A stretch of DNA of 64,000 nt from Cenococcum geophilum (Eukaryota), in assembly GCA_050273025.1 (NCBI GenBank), contig CP158635.1:20150001-20214000 (forward strand), written 5' to 3'. A program made the position numbers and the translations under genes. A model generated the notes under the pieces. It worked only from the letters and a program-made list of their open reading frames with translations. It was not told the origin of the DNA and did no database searches. Of the stretch, positions 27,901-40,600 are shown piece by piece. Positions within the stretch are counted from its first letter, which is position 1, and the number at the start of each line of letters is the position of its first letter.

Positions 27901-30460
27901 GATCCAAATCGGACGTTAAGCAATGAATTATTATTATATTCGCTATTTATACGTTTGCTAAATATACGCTTAAAAATATTACGGAGCGCGCTAGTGTAAC
28001 TTATTATAAGAATACTCTATTTAAATAGCTTATTTATACTAAACGTCGAATTCCTACGCGTTTAGAGTAACTCCTTAAGTTAAAGATTTAGTAGTTTATT
28101 AAGGCGACCTATCTTAAAGAAGCTATCTAGCCGCCCTTAGAGGTTAACTAAACTATTGGCAAAGATAGCCTATTAAAGCACTAGATTATAAGCGCTTATT
28201 CTAACTAGTTGCTATAGGATTAGTATATTATATATGTAGTTCTTTAATAGGCTTTTAGTAAAGTATAAGCAAAGGTAGGGGATTATATACTTTAGTAGTC
28301 CAATATCTATATACTTAATGGCGTATTTTAGAAGCTTATAAGTATTAATAACCTATAAGAACTGGATATAATTAAAGAACTCTATATTATAGTTACTAGC
28401 GGCAAAGCTTTATATACCCATAGAGGATAACATTACTATTAGGTAACGTATATTAATAGGTAGCTCTAAATAATTAGACGTGCGCTAATTTACATTATAA
28501 TATATATCTCTTAAAAAAGCTGCTATACAGATATTTTTAATATACTCTAGAAATTGCTGTGGAGATAGGTTTTATATATATCGCTTAGCCTCACTATCTG
28601 CCTTAATATTGTATTTATTGCGGATATAAAGTAGGAATAACGTAATAAAATAAAGCCTTTTCCCTAGAAATATTGCGCCGTCTTAGATGGTTTATATAGG
28701 CGTAAAGCGCTAAAAACGACTACGTGGCTTCCTTGCTATTATAGAATATACATATAACTATATATACTATAGCCCCGGAATAGATAATACCCACTTATAG
28801 CTATTATACGCGTATTCCGCTTTAACTCGCTCCTTTTTATATAATTAAATAAGCTTTACGGTTTTCTAATCTCTATATATTAGGAATAGCCAGTTATTAA
28901 AAGTAGTTTTATAATTATACTATAGTTAGTCTAAGAATATATTTTCTATTATATAATAGTTGCCGTTAATAAAAGCTTTGCTATTAAGAATAGGCCCTAG
29001 AGTTATATACTCTATCCTTTTATAAGAGAGAATATTAACTACTAGTATACGCGGATATTTAATATCCGTGTTAAAGTTAAATATACTATTAACCACAGTA
29101 GGATATATATATTAAATAGCGTCCGTAATAAAACTTATAAATATCTACTTCTAAAGGTTATTAAACTTATTCTTAGCTATATTAATAGCCTTATCTAGCT
29201 TAAGTTAGCGGGTATTATTTAATATTAACTGCTTAGGGCACCCCTTAGGCATATATACTCTACGAAAGATTTTTCTAGTAGTATATAAATTAAAGTTGCT
29301 AATCTTGCTAATAACCTAATATTAAGTCTTTTGGTAATAATTAAAGATATTATAAATAATATAGATATTATTATAAATAGATAGAGACTTAATTAGTTTC
29401 TTAGAGGTTATTAGCGCTAAAAGAGTTAATAGAATTAATAGAACCTTTTTTAGAACGGTTAGCTAGCCTAAGCCTTTTAGTATTAAGAGTTATATAACTC
29501 TTAATTAGACTAAGGCTATATAAAAAAATAGTATACGGCGCTTTATACTAAATACCTAAAGATATAAACTAAGTAGATAGGCGAAACCGTTTTTATAAAG
29601 TTTTAAGCAAACTCTAATAGGAATATAGAGGTAACTATAACTATATATCCACTATGCGGATCCTAATTACACTCCTCTCTATTTAGTATAGATATTCCCT
29701 TAATAAGCTAGAATAGTAGTAGACCGTGCTATTAAATAAACTTAGCTGTATTCTTAAAGTTAATATCCTAAAACTCTATATATTAAAGGGGCTATATTAT
29801 AACTATAGTTAGTAAAGCTCTTTTTAAATATAGCGAATAGTATAGGCTACTAGCGTTATATAAGTATTAGGCGCATTAATAAGTTCTTTTTATATTTCCT
29901 TATCCTCTAGTAAAGTAATAAGTAGGTCCCTTACTTTTTTCTTCTTTTTATTACCTTTATGTCTATTTCTACTTTCTAAGTACTTAAAGACTAGCCTTTA
30001 AAAAGACTAACCCTATTTTTATAAAAGGTCTTTAATAATATTAACCTTCTCTTCCTTTAATATCTTTATCTAACTAGTAGATGGAATATCTATAAACAGA
30101 ATATCCGTAGATAGAATATTCGCTAGTTATAGAGAGGATAGGCGGCGTAGGCGTAAGTGTTTAGCGTTAGTGGTTACTACATAGCTCGGTAGTATAGAGG
30201 TGGAATTATAGCCTCTACCACGGCGACTTCCTCTTAACATTACGCGGGTATAAGGAGCTAATGATCTTATAGCTTTATAGAGTGGGCTTTTCTCTATAAT
30301 TTAGTGTACTTTTAATATTAATAGGTATTATAGAAGGGTAGATTAATTTCGTTAAAGTTAATAAAGTCTTCTTATATAAACAGTATTTAGGTTTTCTATA
30401 AAGCTTGCCAAAGTCTCTTAGACTAAGAAAATAACTGCCGTCCTAAATTAGCTTAGTAAA
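22000..30460 (-). pseudogene. DUF6589-type (Academ-like) transposase relic, interrupted by LINE B1
   Basis: Minus-strand translation: IYRD*KTV...KWVLSIPGL (~28770-28880) and LKYAIKYIDIGLL...KNY...NSLVNL*GRLDSFF...NKLLN (~28085-28335), matching my recollection of the GDQxT / PGLxH / AIKxGD / LVNxxG pattern. Ends approximate. Confidence 0.55.
22383..27934 (+). mobile_element. LINE family B copy 1, near full length (ORF1 with Zn knuckles; ORF2 APE + RT), RIPed
   Basis: 14-bp TSD TATATTCGCTATTT at 22369-22382 and 27935-27948; GDINL (~24632), LDISGAYN (~26020); co-linear with 37664-43239. Confidence 0.95.
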
Positions 30461-30465
30461 TGGCG

Positions 30466-30979
30466 CATCGGGAAAATATCCGCAGGCTGGGATTCAAACT
30501 ACCCGTCAAGTGAAATCAAATACTGCCAAATAGGTCAATTGGGCGCCAAATGGCTGCAGTCGACGCCGCTGACGTCGTTGACGCATTTGACGTTTTTGAC
30601 GCGCATTTAACAGTCAACCTGCGTGCAACTTAACAGATTTTTTAATTTTCCAAATTTCGTTTATTTTCGCTTAGGCTCTAGTAAACCCCCTAGTAACGCT
30701 TTAAAAAAAACACGTAATAATTTTTTTTATAAAAAGTATACTTAGGGAAGTTGTATTATACGTATATTATATCCGTATTATACTATAGGGAACTTAGAAG
30801 ACTTTAAGTAAAAAGGTAAATTAATAAAATTGCTAATTGCGCAGATTGCGCGCTAATTGCGTGTCAAAAAAACACGACATAGGCTAGTCGGTCGAGTTGT
30901 CAAATGCCCTCAACTGCGCACTAATTGCGCCAACGACCGACCATTGAGGCCATTGAGAAGGGACCATATTTTGCCGATG
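30466..30979. mobile_element. 514-bp non-autonomous TIR element (possibly hAT-type)
   Basis: 14-bp TIR CATCGGGAAAATAT / ATATTTTGCCGATG (one mismatch); inner IR TTTTTGACGCGCA / TGCGTGTCAAAAA; ends escape RIP; possible RIPed 8-bp TSD aaatggcg/aaataata. Confidence 0.6.
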
Positions 30980-31237
30980 AAATAATAATATTTCAAAGCT
31001 TGCCTATATGCCTAATCTTCTACTAAGCTAGTATTTAATAAAGGACTGTATCTAAACCTTCTTCTTTATCTAGAGCGCTTAAATTTACGCTAAAAAGCAG
31101 TATATAAGCGACTAGATTAATAATATAGTAGATTAAATCCAAACTCTATAGAGAGGTCGTTAATATAGGTATTATTATTATCCGCATTATCTGCTATAAA
31201 GTTGCCTGCCTGCCGCTTACTAAGTCTAAACTTAGTA

Positions 31238-31661
31238 ACGTGTTTTATCAGCGAGCTAGCTATATCAGCGAGCTAGCCACCTTAAAACTTACCAAAAATT
31301 AGAAAAATCCCACCTTAATATCTTAATAACTACTTTATAATAAATTCTAATAATTTAGATTTAGACTTTTATATACACTCTATAGCTTCTATTAAAGTTA
31401 CAGAGTAAATAGTTTAGTAGTTTTTAAGATATAGTAATCTGGCCTTATTTTAGCCCCTAAATTTTAATATTTTAAAAACTACTAAACTATTTACTATGCA
31501 ACTTTAATAGAAGCTGTAGAGTGTATATAAAAGTCTAAATCTAAATTATTAGAATTTATTATAAAGTGGTTGTTAAGATATTAAGGTGGGATTTTTCTAA
31601 TTTTTAGTAAGTTTTGGGGTGGCTAGCTCGCTAATATAGCTAGCTCGCCGATAAAACACGT
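31238..31661. mobile_element. 424-bp fold-back MITE, Fot1/pogo-type
   Basis: 195-bp inverted arms 31238-31432 and 31467-31661, ACGT termini, TA TSD at 31236-37 and 31662-63. Confidence 0.9.
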
Positions 31662-34103
31662 TAAGGATTTTTATAATATTAGCTGCTATATTAATACTAA
31701 GATGTTGCTCTTCTTAATAGAAGGAAAAAACGGTGCTAGTTTTTACGTCTATAAAGTAAACAATAATTCCTATATAGTAGTTAGTAATTAATATAATAGT
31801 GGCCTAAAACTAAGCTTATTAAGTAATAATAAATAATTATAAGATGTCTAAAGATTAAATAATATATAAATCTTACCTAGCGCTTTACGTAGTAGAGCAG
31901 TAACAACTTCCTTATATTAGTTAAACTTAGTAATTATTAACTCTCTAATTATTAAATATAGGGGTAAGTGTAACGGAACTAGCCCAGTTATAGTAGGAAT
32001 GTCTTAGTGAAATACTTAATAGATAAATTCCAACGCTTTAACCAAATTCTGCTAGATTAATTAAATTTTACTAAAGTCTGTTAAAGACCATATATGTATA
32101 TACGCACGCATTGACTACCAAGCCCCTAACTATTTAATTATATAATTCTCTTGTTATTCCTTTCTCTTCTTTATATAACGTCTTGTTCTTAGCAAGAGCT
32201 ATATACCCTTAGATTTAGATAGAATATATATTATTCCTTTAAATCTTCCCTAAAGTCTCTCTGCGCCCTTATATTACGTTATATTAAAATAACTACTATT
32301 AAAATAATAAACGAACTTAAACCTACCGCGTTAACTATAAGTATTATAGCCCTAGTTAGGGAATAGTTAACTATAATATAATAGTCCTTTATAGATGCTT
32401 TGGCCTAACAGCAAGTAATATTAGAAGCTTAGTACTAGTAATTAATGGGAATAATCTATAAAGAACTCCGTAACCTTAAAGCACTTATATTAGAGACCCT
32501 AATAATAACACCTATAAATAGAATTAAAATAACTATATATAAACCTGGCCTATTAAATATAAACCCTAAACTAGTAATAGTAGATTAACCTATACCTATA
32601 ATAAACCTAGTACCTACTATAAAATCTAAAAAGCTCCTTAACCCTCTAATATTTAATAGAAATTAAAATAACCTATATCCCTTTATAACTAAGCTCTATT
32701 TTAAACTTTTAATAAACTATAACTAATACCCTACTAAAGCTAGTAAAATTAGCTATAGAATATCTTATTTAAGTAAAGACGCTACACGAACTATAGACCT
32801 ATTCTTCTATAATAGCACCTTTATTAATTTTAAAATCTTTATCTCTCTACTAGAATAAATGTATAATAACGCTAGCTGTAAATATATAGCTATTACTAAA
32901 CTTAAAAACCTACAATAACGGAACCAAGACTTTACTAGCTTTTTTTTTATAGAATTTTTAGGCCTTATTAGTAAATTAGATTAAAATAAAGCCGCTAAAG
33001 TTACTGCTCTCCGTTAAGCTATTTTAGATAAAATTAGAGTATAGTTAGTAGGTAGAGAACTGCTAAAGGACTTACCCAAATTTGCTATAATATATTAATA
33101 AATTAATAAGGACCTTTAATATAATAAATAGACTTATTTCCTAAAGCTAACTATACCTTACGTTTAAAACTCTATAAAACTAATATATACCCTAAAGCGC
33201 GACCTATCTTTAAGACCTAAAAGCCTTATATATAACCCTATAGACCTTAATACTACCTAATTCTATATACCCTTAGGAACTAATAAATAAAGAACTTAAG
33301 CCGTAAATAGATAATGCTTTAGATGTGGTAAAAAGGGATATATTTAAAGGAATTATTAAACTTACCCTTTTAAAAAGGTCTAACGTAGTTCCTCTTAGTC
33401 CTTAAATTATACTTATTCTATAAATTATACTTAGTTGCTATAAAGTGTCTTACCTTTAGTGAATTTGGAAAACAAATTATCCTAGGGCTAAGTTGCGCCT
33501 TAGGATAAGAAGTGGAAGAGTATAAGTATCTAAGCTCTTTTAGCGCTAATATATAATATAACTCCCTTAATATATATAGCGAAATTTAAATACTTAAAAA
33601 AATAGAAAGAAGTATAAATCCTTATAAATAGTGGAGCCACTAATATAGGCTTTATTAATATAAACCACGCAAAAACTTAACGCTTAAATTTAAAGAAACT
33701 TAATAAGCCCTAAGGCCTATAAGGCTTTAATAGTAAGCCTTTAATATACGATAAACTAACGCACTATACTTTTATAAATATATAGATAGGCAAACATCTT
33801 AAAAATATTTCCCTATTTATAATACCCTTAAAGTCTTATAAGGTAATACTTAAATATAGATAGCTAAAATAATACAACCCTTTAATTAGCTGGGTTAAAA
33901 AAACACTAAAATACCGTATAACCTACTACTAAAGTTATTACTTAAAATACTACTTGCCCTATAAATATATATATAATTAACTATTTAAATTTAATATAAT
34001 ATAAATTGCCCTTACTATAAACCTTAAACTAATATAATAAAGTTATAACTACTAATCGCAGTAAAGAATGCAAAGATAATATATTAAAACCCTTTAAAAT
34101 TTA

Positions 34104-36662
34104 GGACAGTGGTAAAGAGACACCCCCTAATTAATATGCGGACACCCCCCAATTGATATATAGATACCCCCCACTAATTGAGTTTAGTTCCTTCCTGATC
34201 AAGTTAGAATATCACGTGAATTTAAGTTGTTTGCATCTGCATGAGTACGCGACCGTCGCGCGCCCATACCCGAAACATCACCTCGCATTTGCCTTACCTC
34301 TACTATGGCCCTTAACCCACCCCCCCAGAAGGTGTACGACTTCCCAAAGCTTGCAATTGATGATATTAATGAGTTTATAAAAGGCTAAGGCTATACGGTT
34401 GCGACTTTCTGATCTAAAATCGATAAGTAGATACTACCAACTGTGCGAAAGATATGGCTTTGGTGTGCTAAAGGCCGTACCTATACTAGCACCTCTAGAA
34501 CGCGCTTTTCTGGCTCTCGCATGACAGAATGTCCCTTTGAAGCTACCCCAATGCGTACACCAATTGGCTGGGGCTTAGAAGTAAAAGATCCTGCTTATAA
34601 TCACGCAGTAGTTATTAATATAATTGCTCTACCGCAATACCGTTGGCGTACTTATAATATAAACAAAATAATTGCTAATATGTTAAGTAGTAGTATTAGG
34701 GCTGGTAAAATACTTATAAGTCTGCTAAAGAAGGATATTATAATAAGTATCTAGGATATCTATAATGAACGGAAGGTGTATAAGAAGAGAGCTCTCGGAG
34801 GCCTTACCTCTATTTAAGCATTAATTAAAGCGCTTAGCGACTACGGTGGCGATAATCTTAAATTAAAATACTACTTTGCGCATAAGGAGGACAATAGTAA
34901 TCACGTTAAGTACTTATTCTTTACTTATTTAGAATTAATTAAGTTCTTCTAGAAGAATCTTAACGTTCTATTACTTAATTGCACCTACAAAATGAATAAG
35001 TTTAAGATGCCCTTCCTGTATATAGTAGGGGTTAGTAATACTAAGTAGAACTTTAAGCTTGTTTATTACTTCCTACTAGGTAAAATAGAGGTTAATTACG
35101 GCTTTATAATTTAATAACTTTACCTTCTCTACCGCTGTTATAATTTAAAGCCTAAAGTTGTAATTACGGATAAGGAATAGGCACTTAAGAATGTACTATA
35201 TATATACTGTCCTAGTGTCCCTTAGCTCCTCTACCTATAGTATATTACTAAGAACGTCCTTACGCACGTATAGAGTAACTAGGTAATATAAGGAGACTTA
35301 TCTAATAAGGAGAAGGAAAAGATTTAAGGGCATTGCGATAACTTTATAAAGCGCTAGGTAGATTACTACAGCTAAAATACATTAGAGAAGTTTACTATAG
35401 CCTAGGACCAGCTTATAAAGGACTATAACGATTAGGAATAACTCATTAACTACTTTAAAGATAAGTGGTGGCTATATAGGAGAGAGTTTGCCACCTACTA
35501 CACGGATCTATTTATATATTTTAGAAATTAGTAAGTTAAAAAGTGGTACTATATAGAGTATCTAGGTTATTAGCTAACTAGAAGTCTTCCTAGTGTTGTA
35601 TTATAACTTAAGGGCGCGCACGCCAAATTAAAGCTGTTTCCTTAAGTTTCCACTGGCGATTTATTTAACATTATTTTGAATATTAAGAACCTTATTAAGA
35701 ATAACCTAAACAAGTATAGAGTAACCCTAGCTTCCTACTAAGATAAGCCACTGCATGATATTCGTAAGCCAAAGTTTAATAATATCCTATACAAAGTAAC
35801 GCCTTAGTGCCTCCTTTACCTTAAGGCCTAATTAAAGCTTACGAAGTCTCCTAATTACTAGCTAATTTGCAGCGGCGCATAGACTACAGTATACGGCCTC
35901 CCCTGCTGCCATATAATCTACTAGTAGCTACACTAAAGCGCCACCTTAATACTGAAGATTCGGCTTACTAAAATCGATATACACTAGTGGTTTAATTGTC
36001 CTCCGTTAGATCCTCCTCCCGGCCTACCTATTAATTGTTTACTTCTTATTCAATAGCCTTTAACTGTTAAACGCCGTCACGGCCGCCTAGCTGGCTCTAT
36101 TTGCGTTGATACATTAACCTATTATAAGCCATTAGCATTTAAACGGAATACTAGGTATACTACTTGTGGGCGTGGGCGTAGACGTAGGTGTAGGCGCGGG
36201 CGTGCTTGTAGAGGCAGTAGCACCTAAATAGGTTTACGTAGCGCCTTATAGGGTACTACGTAATCTAATTAATTAACTTAGGAGTAGGTAGGGGGGGTTA
36301 CAGGTAGTGCAAATAACGGTAGAGCTTAAGATACTATTGTAGGTACCTTGACCAATATTGGTGGTAATATTTAGCAGGCTTTTAGAGGCCTAGGAGCTTT
36401 ATCCTTTTATAAGGACTTTACTAAGGGCTCCTTTAGTACATTCTAACTTTAATTTAAACTCTACTAGTTATACTATAGCTAAAATTAAGATTTAATTGAG
36501 GTGTTACAGTTATAGAAGTTACATTTTAATAACTTGATTTTCGCGATGTAGATATAAACAACTTAAATTTACGTAATATTCTAACTTAATTAGGAAGGAA
36601 CTAAACTTAATTAGTGGGGGGTGTCCGTATATTAATTAGGGGGTGTTTCTTTACTACTGTCC
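34104..36662 (+). mobile_element. Mutator/MULE DNA transposon, RIPed
   Basis: Long TIRs (>100 bp) GGACAGTGGTAAAGAGACACCCCC...GGGGGTGTTTCTTTACTACTGTCC; motifs NCTYKMNKFKMP (~34977-35012) and VITDKE*AL (~35160). No TSD recognisable. Confidence 0.9.
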
Positions 36663-37663
36663 TTTATTTATTAGTAAGAAAATAAGACTATAAGATTTTT
36701 GCTATAATACTAGAAGATATTAAAAAGGTGTTAAAACTAAAGTAATATATTAACCCCTAACCTCTTATACCTAAAGAATATTATAATCTAATTAATATAT
36801 TTAAGAAATAATTTATAAACTAACTACCCCTATATTAAGACGAGTATAATTTTAAGATAGAACTTAAATCTAGTATAATGCTAAATTTTGACCTATTATA
36901 TAGTATATTATAAAAAGAGCTACTTATAATATAATAATACCTTAAAGAGCACCTAGAGAAAGGATTTATTCGCCCTAGTTAATTACTATTTACCTTACCT
37001 ATATTATTTATTAAGAAACCTAAAGAAGGCTTAAGGTTTTGTGTTAATTATTAAGCCCTAAATATAATTATAATTTAAAACTAATATCTAATTTCTCTAC
37101 TTTAAGAAATGCTTAACTATTTAGTGAAAGTATAATACTTTATAAAGCTCGACGTAGTCGCTACCTTTAATTAAATCTGTATTTGCGAAGGAAATAAAAA
37201 GTATATAGCTTTCTGTATATAATAGGGACTTTTTAAATACTTAGTAATACTATTTAGTATAAAAAATGGTCCTAGTATATTTTAGTAATATATTAATAAT
37301 ACACTTCGCGAATTCCTTAATAAATTTGTTACCGTGTATATTAATAATATCTTTATTTATTTTTGCTTTTTAAGTATTAGAAGCACGTCTAAATAGTCCT
37401 TAAACGTCTATAAGACATAGGCTTATAATACAATATTAAGAAATATAAGTTTTATATATCTAAAGTTATATACTTAGGCCTAATTATATCCTATAATAGA
37501 ATTAAAATGGACCCTAAGAAAATTACTATAATTATAAACTAGAAAAGTCCTAGTAGTATATAAGATATTTAAGGATTTTTAGAATTTACAAATTTCTATT
37601 ATTAATTTATTAATTACTTTTTAAAAATTATTTAGCTATTAGTAAACTTAATAAGAAAGAATA

Positions 37664-40600
37664 AAAATAATACTTAAGAAGCTAAAACGTGAAAACTTGG
37701 AGCTCTTGCTGCACCCGGCCCAAAAAGACCAAAAACAACCAAAAAGAACCCTGAAAAACACCCAGAGAATCCCCCTAAGATGCATGCATTGCAGGGGAGG
37801 CACACGTTAACCGACGGTGGCTCGCACTTGCGCGCAACCGCCAGATCTACGCCTAATAACGGCCCTCTATAATAAAGACGGGCGAATACCACACTATAAA
37901 GCGGAAACACCTCTATTAAGAAGGCATCTAATAAAATATAAAGCCTACTAAACGCGTCTAGTATCTAGAATTATAGGGGAGTAACTATTAGCTATAACGA
38001 ACTAATATAGCTAGTAAAATGGCTCCGCCAGTCCAACGAACCTTAGGCGCCCCTTTAGTAAACCCTTAATTAAATCCTCTAACGGCTAAGTAAAATTAAA
38101 AATAAATAAAACTTCCCCTTACCGGCGAACCGCACCTAGGCCGCTATAGCCGTGCTTTTACACTATAGGGAACCTACCCCCCTTAAGATAATAACTGGGT
38201 ATATAATTATAATATAACCAAATATAGAAAAAGTAGAGGGGCTTAGGGGATAATTAGAAATAGAAGTCCTTATAGAGATTCGCAAAGAGGTTTATAACGT
38301 AGTTATAGTCTAATACCTTAGGAGCGGAGACATTAGAGTCACCTTAAAGGACTAATAGGTAAAGGAATAAGCTATAAAGGCAGGAGACAGGCTAGGAGAA
38401 CGTATTGGCATAAAAGTGCTCCGTAAAGACTACCTAATTAAAGTCCTAGCGGTTCCTATAAGCCTTAAGGTAGAAAAGGGACGCTAAACGGACAACACAG
38501 CAACTATATAGAAGATAGTAAAACATATAAAACGCCTTATACTAGGCTTTAAGATTACCCAAATCTAATGGCTTTAGTAGGAAAATATAAACTAAGCAAA
38601 TAATAAAAATAATAAGAGGATATAAGGGTCGCTAGAGACTTGCTAGGGAGACGCCGGTTAAACGCATAGCTCCCTTATTATCAGCATATATATACTAGGA
38701 ATATAAAAACTCCTTATTTAAAAAGAAATAATTATAAATAGCCTTATATATAACGCAAGGCTCTATAACTATAGACTACGCCTAGAATAATACTACCGTT
38801 ACATATAATAGGGACATACCTAATCTATATACGCAGCATAGGTGTGCTGCGGCCACTATATAGGCCCCCACGATATAAGACACTACTTAAATTAAGACTA
38901 AATAAAATATATAAACTGCCACTAAAGCATATATAAGGCGTAGGAGAGAGAAGACTGCATTAAATACAGGAGGCGGAAGGCAAGGGCTTAACAACTGCGG
39001 GAATAACTATACGTTAGGTTATATAAATGGAAACAACAGGCGATAAGCTAGGGGGACGCAGGTGCCTTCCTAGCGTTTCCTACCTTTAGTACTAGGGGGC
39101 TAGGCCAGCTATCCTAAGCCTTAACGGGCCAGAAGCGGCGCCGTGTAACATTACTAGACTATATAGGGACATAAGGGTTATAGGGGATATAAGGGAGAGG
39201 ACGCCCTATAGGAAGACCCCTATAGACAGCTACAGCAAGCTTAAGACCAGGATAATTAAGAATTAGATTTAACGCGGTAAATATAACATTTGCAGCCAAC
39301 CCATAAAGGGTATATAGCCAGCCAGTAAGAATAGGGGAGGAACTAGAGATAATAACAGATTTAGATATAGAAGCGCTAGTAGGAATATAAGATATAGGAA
39401 TAAAAAGCTCTATATAAAATGAGTAGTAACTAGGGTATAGATATAAGAGACGGAAGTTCTAAATATCCTAGAGAAAGTAGAAATAGAAGAAGCAAGGAAT
39501 AAAGGAGAGGCGAAGGACCCTTATTAGGGGTCCGCCACCTATCTATTATATAGTATAACTGCGGCAACACAAACCACCGTCTCGTAAGGCCTTTACTAGA
39601 CGGTCTAGACCTAGAGAAATACTATATCCTTGCTATATAAGAGCCGTACTATAATACCTACATATAATCGACATACTGCCCCTAAGGATTCTAGCTCCTA
39701 TACGAACCAAAAGCAGCCACACGCGTGTGCTTTATAATTAGCAAGGCTATCAGCCTATCCTTATAGTTATAGTAGGTAGTTAACCTAGATATTACAGTTA
39801 TAATAATCCAGATATATAGGGGACCGGTATAAATTATTAATGTATATAACCCTAGGGTCGAAGGGGTCCCATAAACAGAAAATATTATATTAGTAATAAG
39901 CTTACTAGAAACTAAAGGTATAGAGTTTATTCTACTAGGAGATATAAACCTCTACTACCCGCGGTAGGGGGGTATTTATATTGCTGCTAATTAATAGGTA
40001 GAGTACCTACTAAAAGCTATAGACACCTAGGGCCTTAAGTTGGCCACCCCCCTAGGAGCAACTATATGGCAATAAGGAACCTCTAGAAGTATAATTAACC
40101 TCATATTTATAGATAAAGGCCTATACCAGAGACTTAAAAGGTATAACCCCGAAGAAGAATAGGCACTCGCCTTAGACTATATCCCCATCTAGATACAGCT
40201 AGATTTGGATATTAAGGCGTAACTAAGTAGTAAAAGATACGTAATAAGGAAGCTTAAGATAGATAGTTTCCTTAATATAGTTAAACAATAACTCTAAGAC
40301 CTAGAAGAAATCCACCTAATTCCAAATAAGCAAGGCTTATTAGCTACCCCTAAGGAAATCGACTAAAGACTAGAAAGGATTTAGGCAGCAATTAAAAATA
40401 GGCTAGAAGAGTACTGCCCAGTCTTAAAACTGGGCCCCTACGCGCGACACGCATAGTCCGCACAATACGCGGTTCTTATTACCAGCTAATAACGAGCAAG
40501 AAGGAAATATATAAGTAGCTATAACCCTAAAGATAAGAGACGATATAAAGACATAAGAAACTAGTTAAAGAATACCCTAAAGAAAAAAGTAAGGAACAAC

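Noticed and set aside
34090..36675. 9-bp TSD for the MULE
   Set aside because: The flanks (taaaattta / tttatttat) do not match even allowing for RIP.
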